A program made the translations under genes and the position numbers. 64,000 nt of DNA, taken from Eledone cirrhosa. Its lineage: Eukaryota. The notes beneath the pieces are model-generated. The model was not told the origin of the DNA, searched no databases, and worked only from the letters and a program-made list of their open reading frames with translations. Below are positions 47,412 to 63,200 of the stretch, piece after piece. The stretch's first letter is position 1. The number at the start of each line of letters is the position of its first letter. The stretch is from positions 41,416,001-41,480,000 of the forward strand of contig OZ024750.1 in the NCBI GenBank assembly GCA_964016885.1. Direction: 5' to 3'.

Positions 47412-47942
47412 TATATATAAACATAAAAGTAATTATATTTTTTTTACGCAAGTAGAAAGTTGATTATATCAAACCCAGTTCTAACAGGGGGTAAGAGGAC
47501 CCTTTCATTTGAGTTAAAAGACATGACAACTTCTTCCCCACATTCGATATGACAATACATAAGTGGAACACAGACCCCTCAGCCTGTCTGGAAGGTCAAT
47601 AGCCCCACTTCAGTACTGACTTGGTCTATGTAGACCCATCCAACCCTTCCTAGCAGGGACAGTAGACAATAAATGATGATCCTGGAAAGATGAAATGCAA
47701 AGTTGACCATGGCAGAATTTGAACTCAGAACATAGAAAGTCATAACTAAATACCAAGATTGAAAATATAATAGTTTATAAAAGATCTCCCAAATCTAAAC
47801 TAAATCTTTGGGTTTGTGGAGGTTATAAAAATATTCCAAAACAGAATCTTATGATAAAAGATGTACCAAATCTAAACAACAGAACCTTCTAGCCAGAAGG
47901 TTTACAGCTGCCATTGTTTCCCACTTCTTTATTTTTTTTTAA

Positions 47943-48139
47943 CCCTTTAACATTTACGTTACTCTATATATCCTATTGTATTTTCATGGTAAATGCTTTA
48001 CCTCACATAATTATTTCACATAATATCGAATCTATGAGATTTTGAAAGTATTTATTTTGAAAACAATACCTTAACATCAGTTTGAGCCAGTTACAGCCAG
48101 TTTCAACAGAGAATTCTGGCCAGATTGAACATTAAAGGG
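47943..48139. mobile_element. 197-bp piggyBac-type MITE
   Basis: TTAA on both sides (47939-42, 48140-43). TIRs CCCTTTAACATT and CCCTTTAATGTT; the CA/TG difference fits CpG decay. Confidence 0.8.
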
Positions 48140-48299
48140 TTAAAGCTTATTTTCTATCCTATTGGAATTCGCTGTTCAATTCTTTTTATTTCAGTTTTTA
48201 TTTTTTTATTTTTGTATTTACTTATCTCTGTCTCTATATTGTTTTTTTTTGTTTGTTTGTTTCTCAACTGTAAGAAGTACACAATACTTTCCTTATTCT

Positions 48300-51200
48300 C
48301 ACACTCTACACGCCAATATAGGTGGTATATCTCAGCTGTGGTAGGAAGTGACAGACTCTACACCCCAGTCCAGGTGGTATATATCAGCTGTGGTAGGGAG
48401 TGACAGACACTACACCCCAGTCCAGGTGGTATATCTCCACTGTGGTAGGGAGTGACAGACTCTACACCACAATCTAGGTAGTATATCTCAGCTGTGGTAG
48501 GGAGTGGCAGACTCTGCACCCCAGTCTAGGTGGTATATCTCAGCTGTGGTGGGGAGTGACAGACTCTACACCCCAGTCTAGATGGTATATCTCAGCTGTG
48601 GCAGGGGGTGACAGACTCTACACCCCAGTCAAGGTGGTATATCTCAGCTGTGGTGGGGAGTGACAGACTCTGCACCCCAGTCTAGGTGGTATATCTCAGC
48701 TGTGGTGGGGAGTGACAGACTCTACACCCCAGTCTAGGTGGTATATCTCAGCTGTGATAGGGAGTGACAGACTCTACACCCCAGTCAAGGTGGTATATCT
48801 CAGCTGGGAGTGACAGACTCTACACCCCAGTCTAGGTGGTATATCTCAGCTGTGGCAGGGAGTGACAGACTCTACACCCCAGTCTAGGTGGTATATCTCA
48901 GCTGTGGTAGGCACTGACAGACTCTACACCCCAGTCTAGGTGGTATATCTCAGCTGTGGTGGGGAGTGACGACTCTACACCCCAATCTAGGTGGTATATC
49001 TCAGCTGTGGTAGGGACTGACAGACTCTACACTCCAGTCTAGGTGGTATATCTCAGCTGTGGTGGGGAGTGACAGACTCTGCACCCCAGTCTAGGTGGTA
49101 TATCTCAGATGGGAGTGACAGACTCTACACCCCAGTCTAGGTGGTATATCTCAGCTGTGGCAGGGAGTGACAGACTCTACAGCCCAGTCTAGGTGGTATA
49201 TCTCAGCTGTGGTAGGTACTGACAGACTCTACACCCCAGTCTAGGTGGTATATCTCAGCTGTGGTAGGGAGTAACAGATTCTACACCCCAGTCTAGGTGG
49301 TATATCTCAGCTGTGGTGGGGAGTGACGACTCTACACCCAAGTCTAGGTGGTATATATCAGCTGTGGTAGGGAGTGACAGACTCTACACCCCAGTCTAGA
49401 GGGTATATCTCAGCTGTGGTAGGGAGTGACAGACTCTACACCCCAGTCTAGGTGGTATATCTCAGCTGTGGTAGGGAGTGACAGACTCCACACCCCAGTC
49501 TAGGTGGTATATCTCAGCTGGGAGTGACAGACTCTACACCCCAGTCTAGAGGGTATATCTCAACTGTGGTAAGGAGTGACAGACTCTACACCCCAGTCTA
49601 GGTGGTATATCTCAGCTGTGGTGGGGACTGACAGACTCTACACCCCAGTCTAGGTGGTATATCTCATCTGTGGCAGAGAGTGACAGACTCTACACCCCAG
49701 GCCAGGTGGTATATCTCCACTGTGGTAGGGAGTGACAGACTCTGCACCCCAGTCTAGGTGGTATATCTCAGATGGGAGTGACAGACTCTACACCCCAGTC
49801 TAGGTGGTATATCTCAGCTGTGGCAGGGAGTGACAGACTCTACAGCCCAGTCTAGGTGGTATATCTCAGCTGTGGTAGGTACTGACAGACTCTACACCCC
49901 AGTCTAGGTGGTATATCTCAGCTGTGGTAGGGAGTAACAGATTCTACACCCCAGTCTAGGTGGTATATCTCAGCTGTGGTGGGGAGTGACGACTCTACAC
50001 CCAAGTCTAGGTGGTATATATCAGCTGTGGTAGGGAGTGACAGACTCTACACCCCAGTCTAGAGGGTATATCTCAGCTGTGGTAGGGAGTGACAGACTCT
50101 ACACCCCAGTCTAGGTGGTATATCTCAGCTGTGGTAGGGAGTGACAGATTCTACACCACAGTCTAGAGGGTATATGTCAGCTGTGGTAGGGAGTGGCAGA
50201 CTCTACACCCCAGTCTAGGTGGTATATCTCAGCTGTGGTAGGGAGTGACAGACTCTACACCCCAGTCTAGGTGGTATATCTCAGCTGTGGTAGGGAGTGA
50301 CAGACTCCACACCCCAGTCTAGGTGGTATATCTCAGCTGGGAGTGACAGACTCTACACCCCAGTCTAGAGGGTATATCTCAACTGTGGTAAGGAGTGACA
50401 GACTCTACACCCCAGTCTAGGTGGTATATCTCAGCTGTGGTGGGGACTGACAGACTCTACACCCCAGTCTAGGTGGTATATCTCATCTGTGGCAGAGAGT
50501 GACAGACTCTACACCCCAGGCCAGGTGGTATATCTCCACTGTGGTAGGGAGTGACAGACTCTACACCCCAGTCTAGGTGGTATATATCAGCTGGAAGTGA
50601 CAGACTCTACACCCCAGTCTAGGTGGTATATCTCAGCTGTGGTAGGGAGTGACAGACTCCACAACCCAGTCTAGGTGGTATATCTCAGCTGTGGTGGGGA
50701 CTGACAGACTCTACACTCCAGTCTAGGTGGTATATCTCAGCTGTGGTAGGGAGTGACAGACTCTACACCCCAGTCCAGGTGGTATATCTCAACTGTGGTG
50801 GGGACTGACAGACTCTACACCCCAGTCTAGGTGGTATATCTCAGCTGTGGTAGGGAGTGACAGACTCTACACCCCAGTCCAGGTGGTATATCTCAGCTGT
50901 GGTGGGGACTGACAGACTCTACATCCCAGTCTAGGTGGTATATCTCAGCTGTGGTAGGGAGTGACAGACTCTACACCCCAGTCCAGGTGGTATATCTCCA
51001 CTGTGGTAGGGAGTGACAGACTCTACACCCCAGTCTAGGTGGTAAATCTCAGCTGGGAGTGACAGACTCTACACCCCAGTCTAGAGGGTATATCTCAGCT
51101 GTGGTAAGGAGTGACAGACTCTACACCCCAGTCTAGGTGGTATATCTCAGCTGTGGTGGGGACTGACAGACTCTACACCCCAGTCTAGGTGGTATATCTC

Positions 51201-54200
51201 AGCTGTGGTGGGGACTGACAGACTCTACACCCCAGTCTAGGTGGTACATCTCAGCTGTGGTAGGGAGTGACAGACTCTACACCCCAGTCTAGGTGGTATA
51301 TCTCAGCTGTGGTGGGGAGTGACAGACTCTGCACCCCAGTCTAGGTGGTATATCTCAGATGGGAGTGACAGACTCTACACCCCAGTCTAGGTGGTATATC
51401 TCAGCTGTGGCAGGGAGTGACAGACTCTACAGCCCAGTCTAGGTGGTATATCTCAGCTGTGGTAGGTACTGACAGACTCTACACCCCAGTCTAGGTGGTA
51501 TATCTCAGCTGTGGTAGGGAGTAACAGATTCTACAACCCAGTCTAGGTGGTATATCTCAGCTGTGGTGGGGAGTGACGACTCTACACCCAAGTCTAGGTG
51601 GTTTATATCAGCTGTGGTAGGGAGTGACAGACTCTACACCCCAGTCTAGAGGGTATATCTCAGCTGTGGTAGGGAGTGACAGACTCTACACCCCAGTCTA
51701 GGTGGTATATCTCAGCTGTGGTAGGGAGTGACAGATTCTACACCACAGTCTAGAGGGTATATGTCAGCTGTGGTAGGGAGTGACAGACTCTACACCCCAG
51801 TCCAGGTGGTATATCTCAGCTGTGGTGGGGACTGACAGACTCTACATCCCAGTCTAGGTGGTATATCTCAGCTGTGGTAGGGAGTGACAGACTCTACACC
51901 CCAGTCCAGGTGGTATATCTCCACTGTGGTAGGGAGTGACAGACTCTACACCCCAGTCTAGGTGGTATATATCAGCTGGAAGTGACAGACTCTACACCCC
52001 AGTCTAGGTGGTATATCTCAGCTGTGGTAGGGAGTGACAGACTCCACAACCCAGTCTAGGTGGTATATCTCAGCTGTGGTGGGGACTGACAGACTCTACA
52101 CTCCAGTCTAGGTGGTATATCTCAGCTGTGGTAGGGAGTGACAGACTCTACACCCCAGTCCAGGTGGTATATCTCAGCTGTGGTGGGGACTGACAGACTC
52201 TACACCCCAGTCTAGGTGGTATATCTCAGCTGTGGTAGGGAGTGACAGACTCTACACCCCAGTCCAGGTGGTATATCTCAGCTGTGGTGGGGACTGACAG
52301 ACTCTACATCCCAGTCTAGGTGGTATATCTCAGCTGTGGTAGGGAGTGACAGACTCTACACCCCAGTCCAGGTGGTATATCTCCACTGTGGTAGGGAGTG
52401 ACAGACTCTACACCCCAGTCTAGGTGGTAAATCTCAGCTGGGAGTGACAGACTCTACACCCCAGTCTAGAGGGTATATCTCAGCTGTGGTAAGGAGTGAC
52501 AGACTCTAAACCCCAGTCTAGGTGGTATATCTCAGCTGTGGTGGGGACTGACAGACTCTACACCCCAGTCTAGGTGGTATATCTCAGCTGTGGTGGGGAC
52601 TGACAGACTCTACACCCCAGTCTAGGTGGTACATCTCAGCTGTGGTAGGGAGTGACAGACTCTACACCCCAGTCTAGGTGGTATATCTCAGCTGTGGTGG
52701 GGAGTGACAGACTCTGCACCCCAGTCTAGGTGGTATATCTCAGATGGGAGTGACAGACTCTACACCCCAGTCTAGGTGGTATATCTCAGCTGTGGCAGGG
52801 AGTGACAGACTCTACAGCCCAGTCTAGGTGGTATATCTCAGCTGTGGTAGGTACTGACAGACTCTACACCCCAGTCTAGGTGGTATATCTCAGCTGTGGT
52901 AGGGAGTAACAGATTCTACACCCCAGTCTAGGTGGTATATCTCAGCTGTGGTGGGGAGTGACGACTCTACACCCAAGTCTAGGTGGTATATATCAGCTGT
53001 GGTAGGGAGTGACAGACTCTACACCCCAGTCTAGAGGGTATATCTCAGCTGTGGTAGGGAGTGACAGACTCTACACCCCAGTCTAGGTGGTATATCTCAG
53101 CTGTGGTAGGGAGTGACAGATTCTACACCACAGTCTAGAGGGTATATGTCAGCTGTGGTAGGGAGTGGCAGACTCTACACCCCAGTCTAGGTGGTATATC
53201 TCAGCTGTGGTAGGGAGTGACAGACTCTACACCCCAGTCTAGGTGGTATATCTCAGCTGTGGTAGGGAGTGACAGACTCTACACCCCAGTCTAGAGAGTA
53301 TATCTCAACTGTGGTAAGGAGTGACAGACTCTACACCCCAGTCTAGGTGGTATATCTCAGCTGTGGTGGGGACTGACAGACTCTACACCCCAGTCTAGGT
53401 GGTATATCTCATCTGTGGCAGGGAGTGACAGACTCTACACCCCAGGCCAGGTGGTATATCTCCACTGTGGTAGGGAGTGACAGACTCTACACCCCAGTCT
53501 AGGTGGTATATATCAGCTGGAAGTGACAGACTCTACACCCCAGTCTAGGTGGTATATCTCAGCTGTGGTAGGGAGTGACAGACTCCACAACCCAGTCTAG
53601 GTGGTATATCTCAGCTGTGGTGGGGACTGACAGACTCTACACTCCAGTCTAGGTGGTATATCTCAGCTGTGGTAGGGAGTGACAGACTCTACACCCCAGT
53701 CCAGGTGGTATATCTCAGCTGTGGTGGGGACTGACAGACTCCACACCCCAGTCTAGGTGGTATATCTCAGCTGTGGTAGGGAGTGACAGACTCTACACCC
53801 CAGTCCAGGTGGTATATCTCCACTGTGGTAGGGAGTGACAGACTCTACACCCCAGTCTAGGTGGTAAATCTCAGCTGGGAGTGACAGACTCTACACCCCA
53901 GTCTAGAGGGTATATCTCAGCTGTGGTAAGGAGTGACAGACTCTACACCCCAGTCTAGGTGGTATATCTCAGCTGTGGTGGGGACTGACAGACTCTACAC
54001 CCCAGTCTAGGTGGTATATCTCAGCTGTGGTGGGGACTGACAGACTCTACACCCCAGTCTAGGTGGTACATCTCAGCTGTGGTAGGGAGTGACAGACTCT
54101 ACATCCCAGTCTAGGTGGTATATCTCAGCTGGGAGTGACAGACTCTACACCCCAGTCCAGGTGGTATATCTCAGCTGTGGTAAGGAGTGACAGACTCTAC

Positions 54201-57200
54201 ACCCCAGTCTAGGTGGTATATCTCAGCTGGGAGTGACGACTCTACACCCCAGTGTAGGTGGTATATCTCAGCTGTGGCAGGGAGTGACAGACTCTACACC
54301 CCAGTCTAGGTGGTATATCTCAGCTGTGGCAGGGAGTGACAGACTCTACGCCCCAGTCTAGGTGGTATATCTCAGCTGTGGCAGGGAGTGACAGACTCTA
54401 CACCCCAGTCTAGGTGGTACATCTCAGCTGTGATAGGGAGTGACAGACTCTACACCCCAGTCTAGGTGGTATATCTCAGCTGTGGCAGGGAGTGACAGAC
54501 TCTACACCCCAGTCTAGGTGGTATATCTCAGCTGTGGCAGGGAGTGACAGACTCTACAGCCCAGTCTAGGTGGTATATCTCAGCTGTGGTAGGGAGTAAC
54601 AGACTCTACACCCCAGTCTAGAGGGTATATCTCCACTGTGGTAGGGAGTGACAGACTCTACACCCCAGTCCAGGTGGTATATCTCCACTGTGGTAGGGAG
54701 TGACAGACTCTACACCCCAGTCTAGGTAGTATATCTCAGCTGTGGTAGGGAGTGGCAGACTCTACACCCCAGTCTAGGTGGTATATCTCAGCTGTGGTAG
54801 GGAGTGACAGACTCTGCACCCATGTCTAGGTGGTATATCTCAGCTGTGGCAGGGAGTGACAGACTCTACAGCCCAGTCTAGGTGGTATATCTCAGCTGTG
54901 GTAGGCACTGAAAGACTCTACACCCCAGTCTAGGTGGTATATCTCAGCTGTGGTAGGGAGTGACAGATTCTACACCACAGTCTAGAGGGTATATGTCAGC
55001 TGTGGTAGGGAGTGGCAGACTCTACACCCCAGTCTAGGTGGTATATCTCAGCTGTGGTAGGGAGTGACAGACTCTACACCCCAGTCTAGGTGGTATATCT
55101 CAGCTGTGGTGGGGACTGACAGACTCTACACTCCAGTCTAGGTGGTATATCTCAGCTGTGGTAGGGAGTGACAGACTCTACACCCCAGTCCAGGTGGTAT
55201 ATCTCAGCTGTGGTGGGGACTGACAGACTCTACATCCCAGTCTAGGTGGTATATCTCAGCTGGGAGTGACAGACTCTACACCCCAGTCCAGGTGGTATAT
55301 CTCAGCTGTGGTAAGGAGTGACAGACTCTACACCCCAGTCTAGGTGGTATATCTCAGCTGGGAGTGACGACTCTACACCCCAGTCTAGGTGGTATATCTC
55401 AGCTGTGGCAGGGAGTGACAGACTCTACACCCCAGTCTAGGTGGTATATCTCAGCTGTGGCAGGGAGTGACAGACTCTACGCCCCAGTCTAGGTGGTATA
55501 TCTCAGCTGTGGCAGGGAGTGACAGACTCTACACCCCAGTCTAGGTGGTACATCTCAGCTGTGATAGGGAGTGACAGACTCTACACCCCAGTCTAGGTGG
55601 TATATCTCAGCTGTGGCAGGGAGTGACAGACTCTACACCCCAGTCTAGGTGGTATATCTCAGCTGTGGCAGGGAGTGACAGACTCTACAGCCCAGTCTAG
55701 GTGGTATATCTCAGCTGTGGTAGGGAGTAACAGACTCTACACCCCAGTCTAGAGGGTATATCTCCACTGTGGTAGGGAGTGACAGACTCTACACCCCAGT
55801 CCAGGTGGTATATCTCCACTGTGGTAGGGAGTGACAGAATCTACACCCCAGTCTAGGTAGTATATCTCAGCTGTGGTAGGGAGTGGCAGACTCTACACCC
55901 CAGTCTAGGTGGTATATCTCAGCTGTGGTAGGGAGTGACAGACTCTGCACCCATGTCTAGGTGGTATATCTCAGCTGTGGCAGGGAGTGACAGACTCTAC
56001 AGCCCAGTCTAGGTGGTATATCTCAGCTGTGGTAGGCACTGAAAGACTCTACACCCCAGTCTAGGTGGTATATCTCAGCTGTGGTAGGGAGTGACAGATT
56101 CTACACCACAGTCTAGAGGGTATATGTCAGCTGTGGTAGGGAGTGGCAGACTCTACACCCCAGTCTAGGTGGTATATCTCAGCTGTGGTAGGGAGTGACA
56201 GACTCTACACCCCAGTCTAGGTGGTATATCTCAGCTGTGGTGGGGACTGACAGACTCTACACTCCAGTCTAGGTGGTATATCTCAGCTGTGGTAGGGAGT
56301 GACAGACTCTACACCCCAGTCCAGGTGGTATATCTCAGCTGTGGTGGGGACTGACAGACTCTACATCCCAGTCTAGGTGGTATATCTCAGCTGTGGTAGG
56401 GAGGGACAGACTCTACACCCCAGTCCAGGTGGTATATCTCCACTGTGGTAGGGAGTGACAGACTCTACACCCCAGTCTAGGTGGTATATATCAGCTGGAA
56501 GTGACAGACTCTACACCCCAGTCTAGGTGGTATATCTCAGCTGTGGTAGGGAGTGACAGACTCCACAACCCAGTCTAGGTGGTATATCTCAGCTGTGGTG
56601 GGGAGTGACAGACTCTACACCCCAGTCCAGGTGGTATATCTCCACTGTGGTAGGGAGTGACAGACTCTACACCCCAGTCTAGGTGGTAAATCTCAGCTGT
56701 GGTAGGGAGTGACAGACTCTACATCCCAGTCTAGGTGGTATATCTCAGCTGTGGTAGGGAGTGACAGACTCTACACCCCAGTCCAGGTGGTATATCTCCA
56801 CTGTGGTAGGGAGTGACAGACTCTACACCCCAGTCTAGGTGGTAAATCTCAGCTGGGAGTGACAGACTCTACACCCCAGTCTAGAGGGTATATCTCAGCT
56901 GTGGTAAGGAGTGACAGACTCTACACCCCAGTCTAGGTGGTATATCTCAGCTGTGGTGGGGACTGACAGACTCTACACCCCAGTCTAGGTGGTATATCTC
57001 AGCTGTGGTGGGGACTGACAGACTCTACACCCCAGTCTAGGTGGTACATCTCAGCTGTGGTAGGGAGTGACAGACTCTACACCCCAGTCTAGGTGGTATA
57101 TCTCAGCTGTGGTGGGGAGTGACAGACTCTGCACCCCAGTCTAGGTGGTATATCTCAGATGGGAGTGACAGACTCTACACCCCAGTCTAGGTGGTATATC

Positions 57201-60200
57201 TCAGCTGTGGCAGGGAGTGACAGACTCTACAGCCCAGTCTAGGTGGTATATCTCAGCTGTGGTAGGTACTGACAGACTCTACACCCCAGTCTAGGTGGTA
57301 TATCTCAGCTGTGGTAGGGAGTAACAGATTCTACACCCCAGTCTAGGTGGTATATCTCAGCTGTGGTGGGGAGTGACGACTCTACACCCAAGTCTAGGTG
57401 GTATATATCAGCTGTGGTAGGGAGTGACAGACTCTACACCCCAGTCTAGAGGGTATATCTCAGCTGTGGTAGGGAGTGACAGACTCTACACCCCAGTCTA
57501 GGTGGTATATCTCAGCTGTGGTAGGGAGTGACAGACTCTACACCCCAGTCTAGGTGGTATATCTCAGCTGTGGTAGGGAGTGACAGACTCTACACCCCAG
57601 TCTAGAGGGTATATCTCAACTGTGGTAAGGAGTGACAGACTCTACACCCCAGTCTAGGTGGTATATCTCAGCTGTGGTGGGGACTGACAGACTCTACACC
57701 CCAGTCTAGGTGGTATATCTCATCTGTGGCAGGGAGTGACAGACTCTACACCCCAGGCCAGGTGGTATATCTCCACTGTGGTAGGGAGTGACAGACTCTA
57801 CACCCCAGTCTAGGTGGTATATATCAGCTGGAAGTGACAGACTCTACACCCCAGTCTAGGTGGTATATCTCAGCTGTGGTAGGGAGTGACAGACTCCACA
57901 ACCCAGTCTAGGTGGTATATCTCAGCTGTGGTGGGGACTGACAGACTCTACACTCCAGTCTAGGTGGTATATCTCAGCTGTGGTAGGGAGTGACAGACTC
58001 TACACCCCAGTCCAGGTGGTATATCTCAGCTGTGGTGGGGACTGACAGACTCCACACCCCAGTCTAGGTGGTATATCTCAGCTGTGGTAGGGAGTGACAG
58101 ACTCTACACCCCAGTCTAGGTGGTATATCTCAGCTGTGGTGGGGACTGACAGACTCTACACTCCAGTCTAGGTGGTATATCTCAGCTGTGGTAGGGAGTG
58201 ACAGACTCTACACCCCAGTCCAGGTGGTATATCTCAGCTGTGGTGGGGACTGACAGACTCTACATCCCAGTCTAGGTGGTATATCTCAGCTGTGGTAGGG
58301 AGGGACAGACTCTACACCCCAGTCCAGGTGGTATATCTCCACTGTGGTAGGGAGTGACAGACTCTACACCCCAGTCTAGGTGGTATATATCAGCTGGAAG
58401 TGACAGACTCTACACCCCAGTCTAGGTGGTATATCTCAGCTGTGGTAGGGAGTGACAGACTCCACAACCCAGTCTAGGTGGTATATCTCAGCTGTGGTGG
58501 GGACTGACAGACTCTACACTCCAGTCTAGGTGGTATATCTCAGCTGTGGTAGGGAGTGACAGACTCTACACCCCAGTCCAGGTGGTATATCTCAGCTGTG
58601 GTGGGGACTGACAGACTCTACACCCCAGTCTAGGTGGTATATCTCAGCTGTGGTAGGGAGTGACAGACTCTACACCCCAGTCCAGGTGGTATATCTCAGC
58701 TGTGGTGGGGACTGACAGACTCTACATCCCAGTCTAGGTGGTATATCTCAGCTGTGGTAGGGAGTGACAGACTCTACACCCCAGTCCAGGTGGTATATCT
58801 CCACTGTGGTAGGGAGTGACAGACTCTACACCCCAGTCTAGGTGGTAAATCTCAGCTGGGAGTGACAGACTCTACACCCCAGTCTAGAGGGTATATCTCA
58901 GCTGTGGTAAGGAGTGACAGACTCTACACCCCAGTCTAGGTGGTATATCTCAGCTGTGGTGGGGACTGACAGACTCTACACCCCAGTCTAGGTGGTATAT
59001 CTCAGCTGTGGTGGGGACTGACAGACTCTACACCCCAGTCTAGGTGGTACATCTCAGCTGTGGTAGGGAGTGACAGACTCTACACCCCAGTCTAGGTGGT
59101 ATATCTCAGCTGTGGTGGGGAGTGACAGACTCTGCACCCCAGTCTAGGTGGTATATCTCAGATGGGAGTGACAGACTCTACACCCCAGTCTAGGTGGTAT
59201 ATCTCAGCTGTGGCAGGGAGTGACAGACTCTACAGCCCAGTCTAGGTGGTATATCTCAGCTGTGGTAGGTACTGACAGACTCTACACCCCAGTCTAGGTG
59301 GTATATCTCAGCTGTGGTAGGGAGTAACAGATTCTACACCCCAGTCTAGGTGGTATATCTCAGCTGTGGTGGGGAGTGACGACTCTACACCCAAGTCTAG
59401 GTGGTATATATCAGCTGTGGTAGGGAGTGACAGACTCTACACCCCAGTCTAGAGGGTATATCTCAGCTGTGGTAGGGAGTGACAGACTCTACACCCCAGT
59501 CTAGGTGGTATATCTCAGCTGTGGTAGGGAGTGACAGACTCTACACCACAGTCTAGAGGGTATATGTCAGCTGTGGTAGGGAGTGGCAGACTCTACACCC
59601 CAGTCTAGGTGGTATATCTCAGCTGTGGTAGGGAGTGACAGACTCTACACCCCAGTCTAGGTGGTATATCTCAGCTGTGGTAGGGAGTGACAGACTCTAC
59701 ACCCCAGTCTAGAGGGTATATCTCAACTGTGGTAAGGAGTGACAGACTCTACACCCCAGTCTAGGTGGTATATCTCAGCTGTGGTGGGGACTGACAGACT
59801 CTACACCCCAGTCTAGGTGGTATATCTCATCTGTGGCAGGGAGTGACAGACTCTACACCCCAGGCCAGGTGGTATATCTCCACTGTGGTAGGGAGTGACA
59901 GACTCTACACCCCAGTCTAGGTGGTATATATCAGCTGGAAGTGACAGACTCTACACCCCAGTCTAGGTGGTATATCTCAGCTGTGGTAGGGAGTGACAGA
60001 CTCCACAACCCAGTCTAGGTGGTATATCTCAGCTGTGGTGGGGACTGACAGACTCTACACTCCAGTCTAGGTGGTATATCTCAGCTGTGGTAGGGAGTGA
60101 CAGACTCTACACCCCAGTCCAGGTGGTATATCTCAGCTGTGGTGGGGACTGACAGACTCCACACCCCAGTCTAGGTGGTATATCTCAGCTGTGGTAGGGA

Positions 60201-63200
60201 GTGACAGACTCTACACCCCAGTCCAGGTGGTATATCTCCACTGTGGTAGGGAGTGACAGACTCTACACCCCAGTCTAGGTGGTAAATCTCAGCTGGGAGT
60301 GACAGACTCTACACCCCAGTCTAGAGGGTATATCTCAGCTGTGGTAAGGAGTGACAGACTCTACACCCCAGTCTAGGTGGTATATCTCAGCTGTGGTGGG
60401 GACTGACAGACTCTACACCCCAGTCTAGGTGGTATATCTCAGCTGTGGTGGGGACTGACAGACTCTACACCCCAGTCTAGGTGGTACATCTCAGCTGTGG
60501 TAGGGAGTGACAGACTCTACATCCCAGTCTAGGTGGTATATCTCAGCTGGGAGTGACAGACTCTACACCCCAGTCCAGGTGGTATATCTCAGCTGTGGTA
60601 AGGAGTGACAGACTCTACACCCCAGTCTAGGTGGTATATCTCAGCTGGGAGTGACGACTCTACACCCCAGTCTAGGTGGTATATCTCAGCTGTGGCAGGG
60701 AGTAACAGACTCTACACCCCAGTCTAGGTGGTATATCTCAGCTGTGGCAGGGAGTGACAGACTCTACGCCCCAGTCTAGGTGGTATATCTCAGCTGTGGC
60801 AGGGAGTGACAGACTCTACACCCCAGTCTAGGTGGTACATCTCAGCTGTGATAGGGAGTGACAGACTCTACACCCCAGTCTAGGTGGTATATCTCAGCTG
60901 TGGCAGGGAGTGACAGACTCTACACCCCAGTCTAGGTGGTATATCTCAGCTGTGGCAGGGAGTGACAGACTCTACAGCCCAGTCTAGGTGGTATATCTCA
61001 GCTGTGGTAGGGAGTAACAGACTCTACACCCCAGTCTAGAGGGTATATCTCCACTGTGGTAGGGAGTGACAGACTCTACACCCCAGTCCAGGTGGTATAT
61101 CTCCACTGTGGTAGGGAGTGACAGACTCTACACCCCAGTCTAGGTGGTATATCTCAGCTGTGGTAGGGAGTGACAGACTCTGCACCCATGTCTAGGTGGT
61201 ATATCTCAGCTGTGGCAGGGAGTGACAGACTCTACAGCCCAGTCTAGGTGGTATATCTCAGCTGGCAGTGACAGACTCTACACCCCAGTCTAGAGGGTAT
61301 ATCTCAGCTGTGGTAAGGAGTGACAGACTCTACACCCCAGTCTAGGTGGTATATCTCAGCTGTGGCAGGGAGTGACAGACTCTACACCCCAGTCCAGGTG
61401 GTATATCTCCACTGTGGTAGGGAGTGACAGACTCTACACCCCAATCTAGGTAGTATATCTCAGCTGTGGTAGGGAGTGGCAGACTCTACACCCCAGTCTA
61501 GGTGGTATATCTCAGCTGTGGTAGGGAGTGACAGACTCTACACCCCAGTCCAGGTGGTATATCTCAGCTGTGGTAAGGAGTGACAGACTCTGCACCCCAG
61601 TCTAGGTGGTATATCTCAGCTGTGGTGGGGAGTGACAGACTCTACACCCCAGTCTAGATGGTATATCTCAGCTGTGGCAGGGGGTGACAGACTCTACACC
61701 CCAGTCAAGGTGGTATATCTCAGCTGTGGTGGGGAGTGACAGACTCCACACCCCAGTCTAGGTGGCATATCTCAGCTGTGGTGGGGACTGACAGACTCTA
61801 CACCCCAGTCTAGGTGGTACATCTCAGCTGTGGTAGGGGGTGACAGACTCTACACCCCAGTCAAGGTGGTATATCTCAGCTGTGGTAGGGACTGACAGAC
61901 TCTACACCCCAGTCTAGGTGGTATATCTCAGCTGTGGTGGGGAGTGACAGACTCTGCACCCCAGTCTAGGTGGTATATCTCAGATGGGAGTGACAGACTC
62001 TACACCCCAGTCTAGGTGGTATATCTCAGCTGCGGTAGGTACTGACAGACTCTACACCCCAGTCTAGGTGGTATATCTCAGCTGTGGTAGGGAGTAACAG
62101 ATTCTACACCCGAGTCTAGGTGGTATATCTCAGCTGTGGTGGGGAGTGACGACTCTACACCCAAGTCTAGGTGGTATATATCAGCTGTGGTAGGGAGTGA
62201 CAGACTCTAGACCCCAGTCTAGAGGGTATATCTCAGCTGTGGTAGGGAGTGACAGACTCTACACCCCAGTCTAGGTGGTATATCTCAGCTGTGGTAGGGC
62301 GTGACAGATTCTACACCACAGTCTAGAGGGTATATGTCAGCTGTGGTAGGGAGTGGCAGACTCTACACCCCAGTCTAGGTGGTATGTCTCAGCTGTGGTA
62401 GGGAGTGACAGACTCTACACCCCAGTCTAGGTGGTATATCTCAGCTGTGGTAGGGAGTGACAGACTCCACACCGCAGTCTAGGTGGTATATCTCAGCTGG
62501 GAGTGACAGACTCTACACCCCAGTCTAGAGGGTATATCTCAACTGTGGTAAGGGGTGACAGACTCTACACCCCAGTCTAGGTGGTATATCTCAGCTGTAG
62601 TGGGGACTGACAGACTCTACACCCCAGTCTAGGTGGTATATCTCAGCTGTGGCAGGGAGTGACAGACTCTACACCCCAGGCCAGGTGGTATATCTCCACT
62701 GTGGTAGGGAGTGACAGACTCTACACCCCAGTCCAGGTGGTATATCTCCACTGTGGTAGGGAGTGACAGACTCTACACCCCAGTCTAGGTGGTATATCTC
62801 AGCTGTGGTAGGGAGTGACAGACTCTACACCCCAGTCCAGGTGGTATATCTCAGATGTGGTAAGGAGTGACAGACTCTGCACCCCAGTCTAGGTGGTATA
62901 TCTCAGCTCTGGTGGGGAGTGACAGACTCTACACCCCAGTCTAGGTGGTATATCTCAGCTGGGAGTGACAGACTCTACACCCCAGTCTAGGTGGTATATC
63001 TCAGCTGTGGTAGGCACTGACAGACTCTACACCCCAGTCTAGGTGGTATATCTCAGCTGTGGTAGGGAGTAACAGACTCTACACCCCAGTCTAGGTGGTA
63101 TATCTCAGCTGTGGTGGGGAGTGACGACTCTACACCCCAGTCTAGGTGGTATATCTCAGCTGTGGTAGCGACTGACAGACTCTACACCACAGTCTATGTG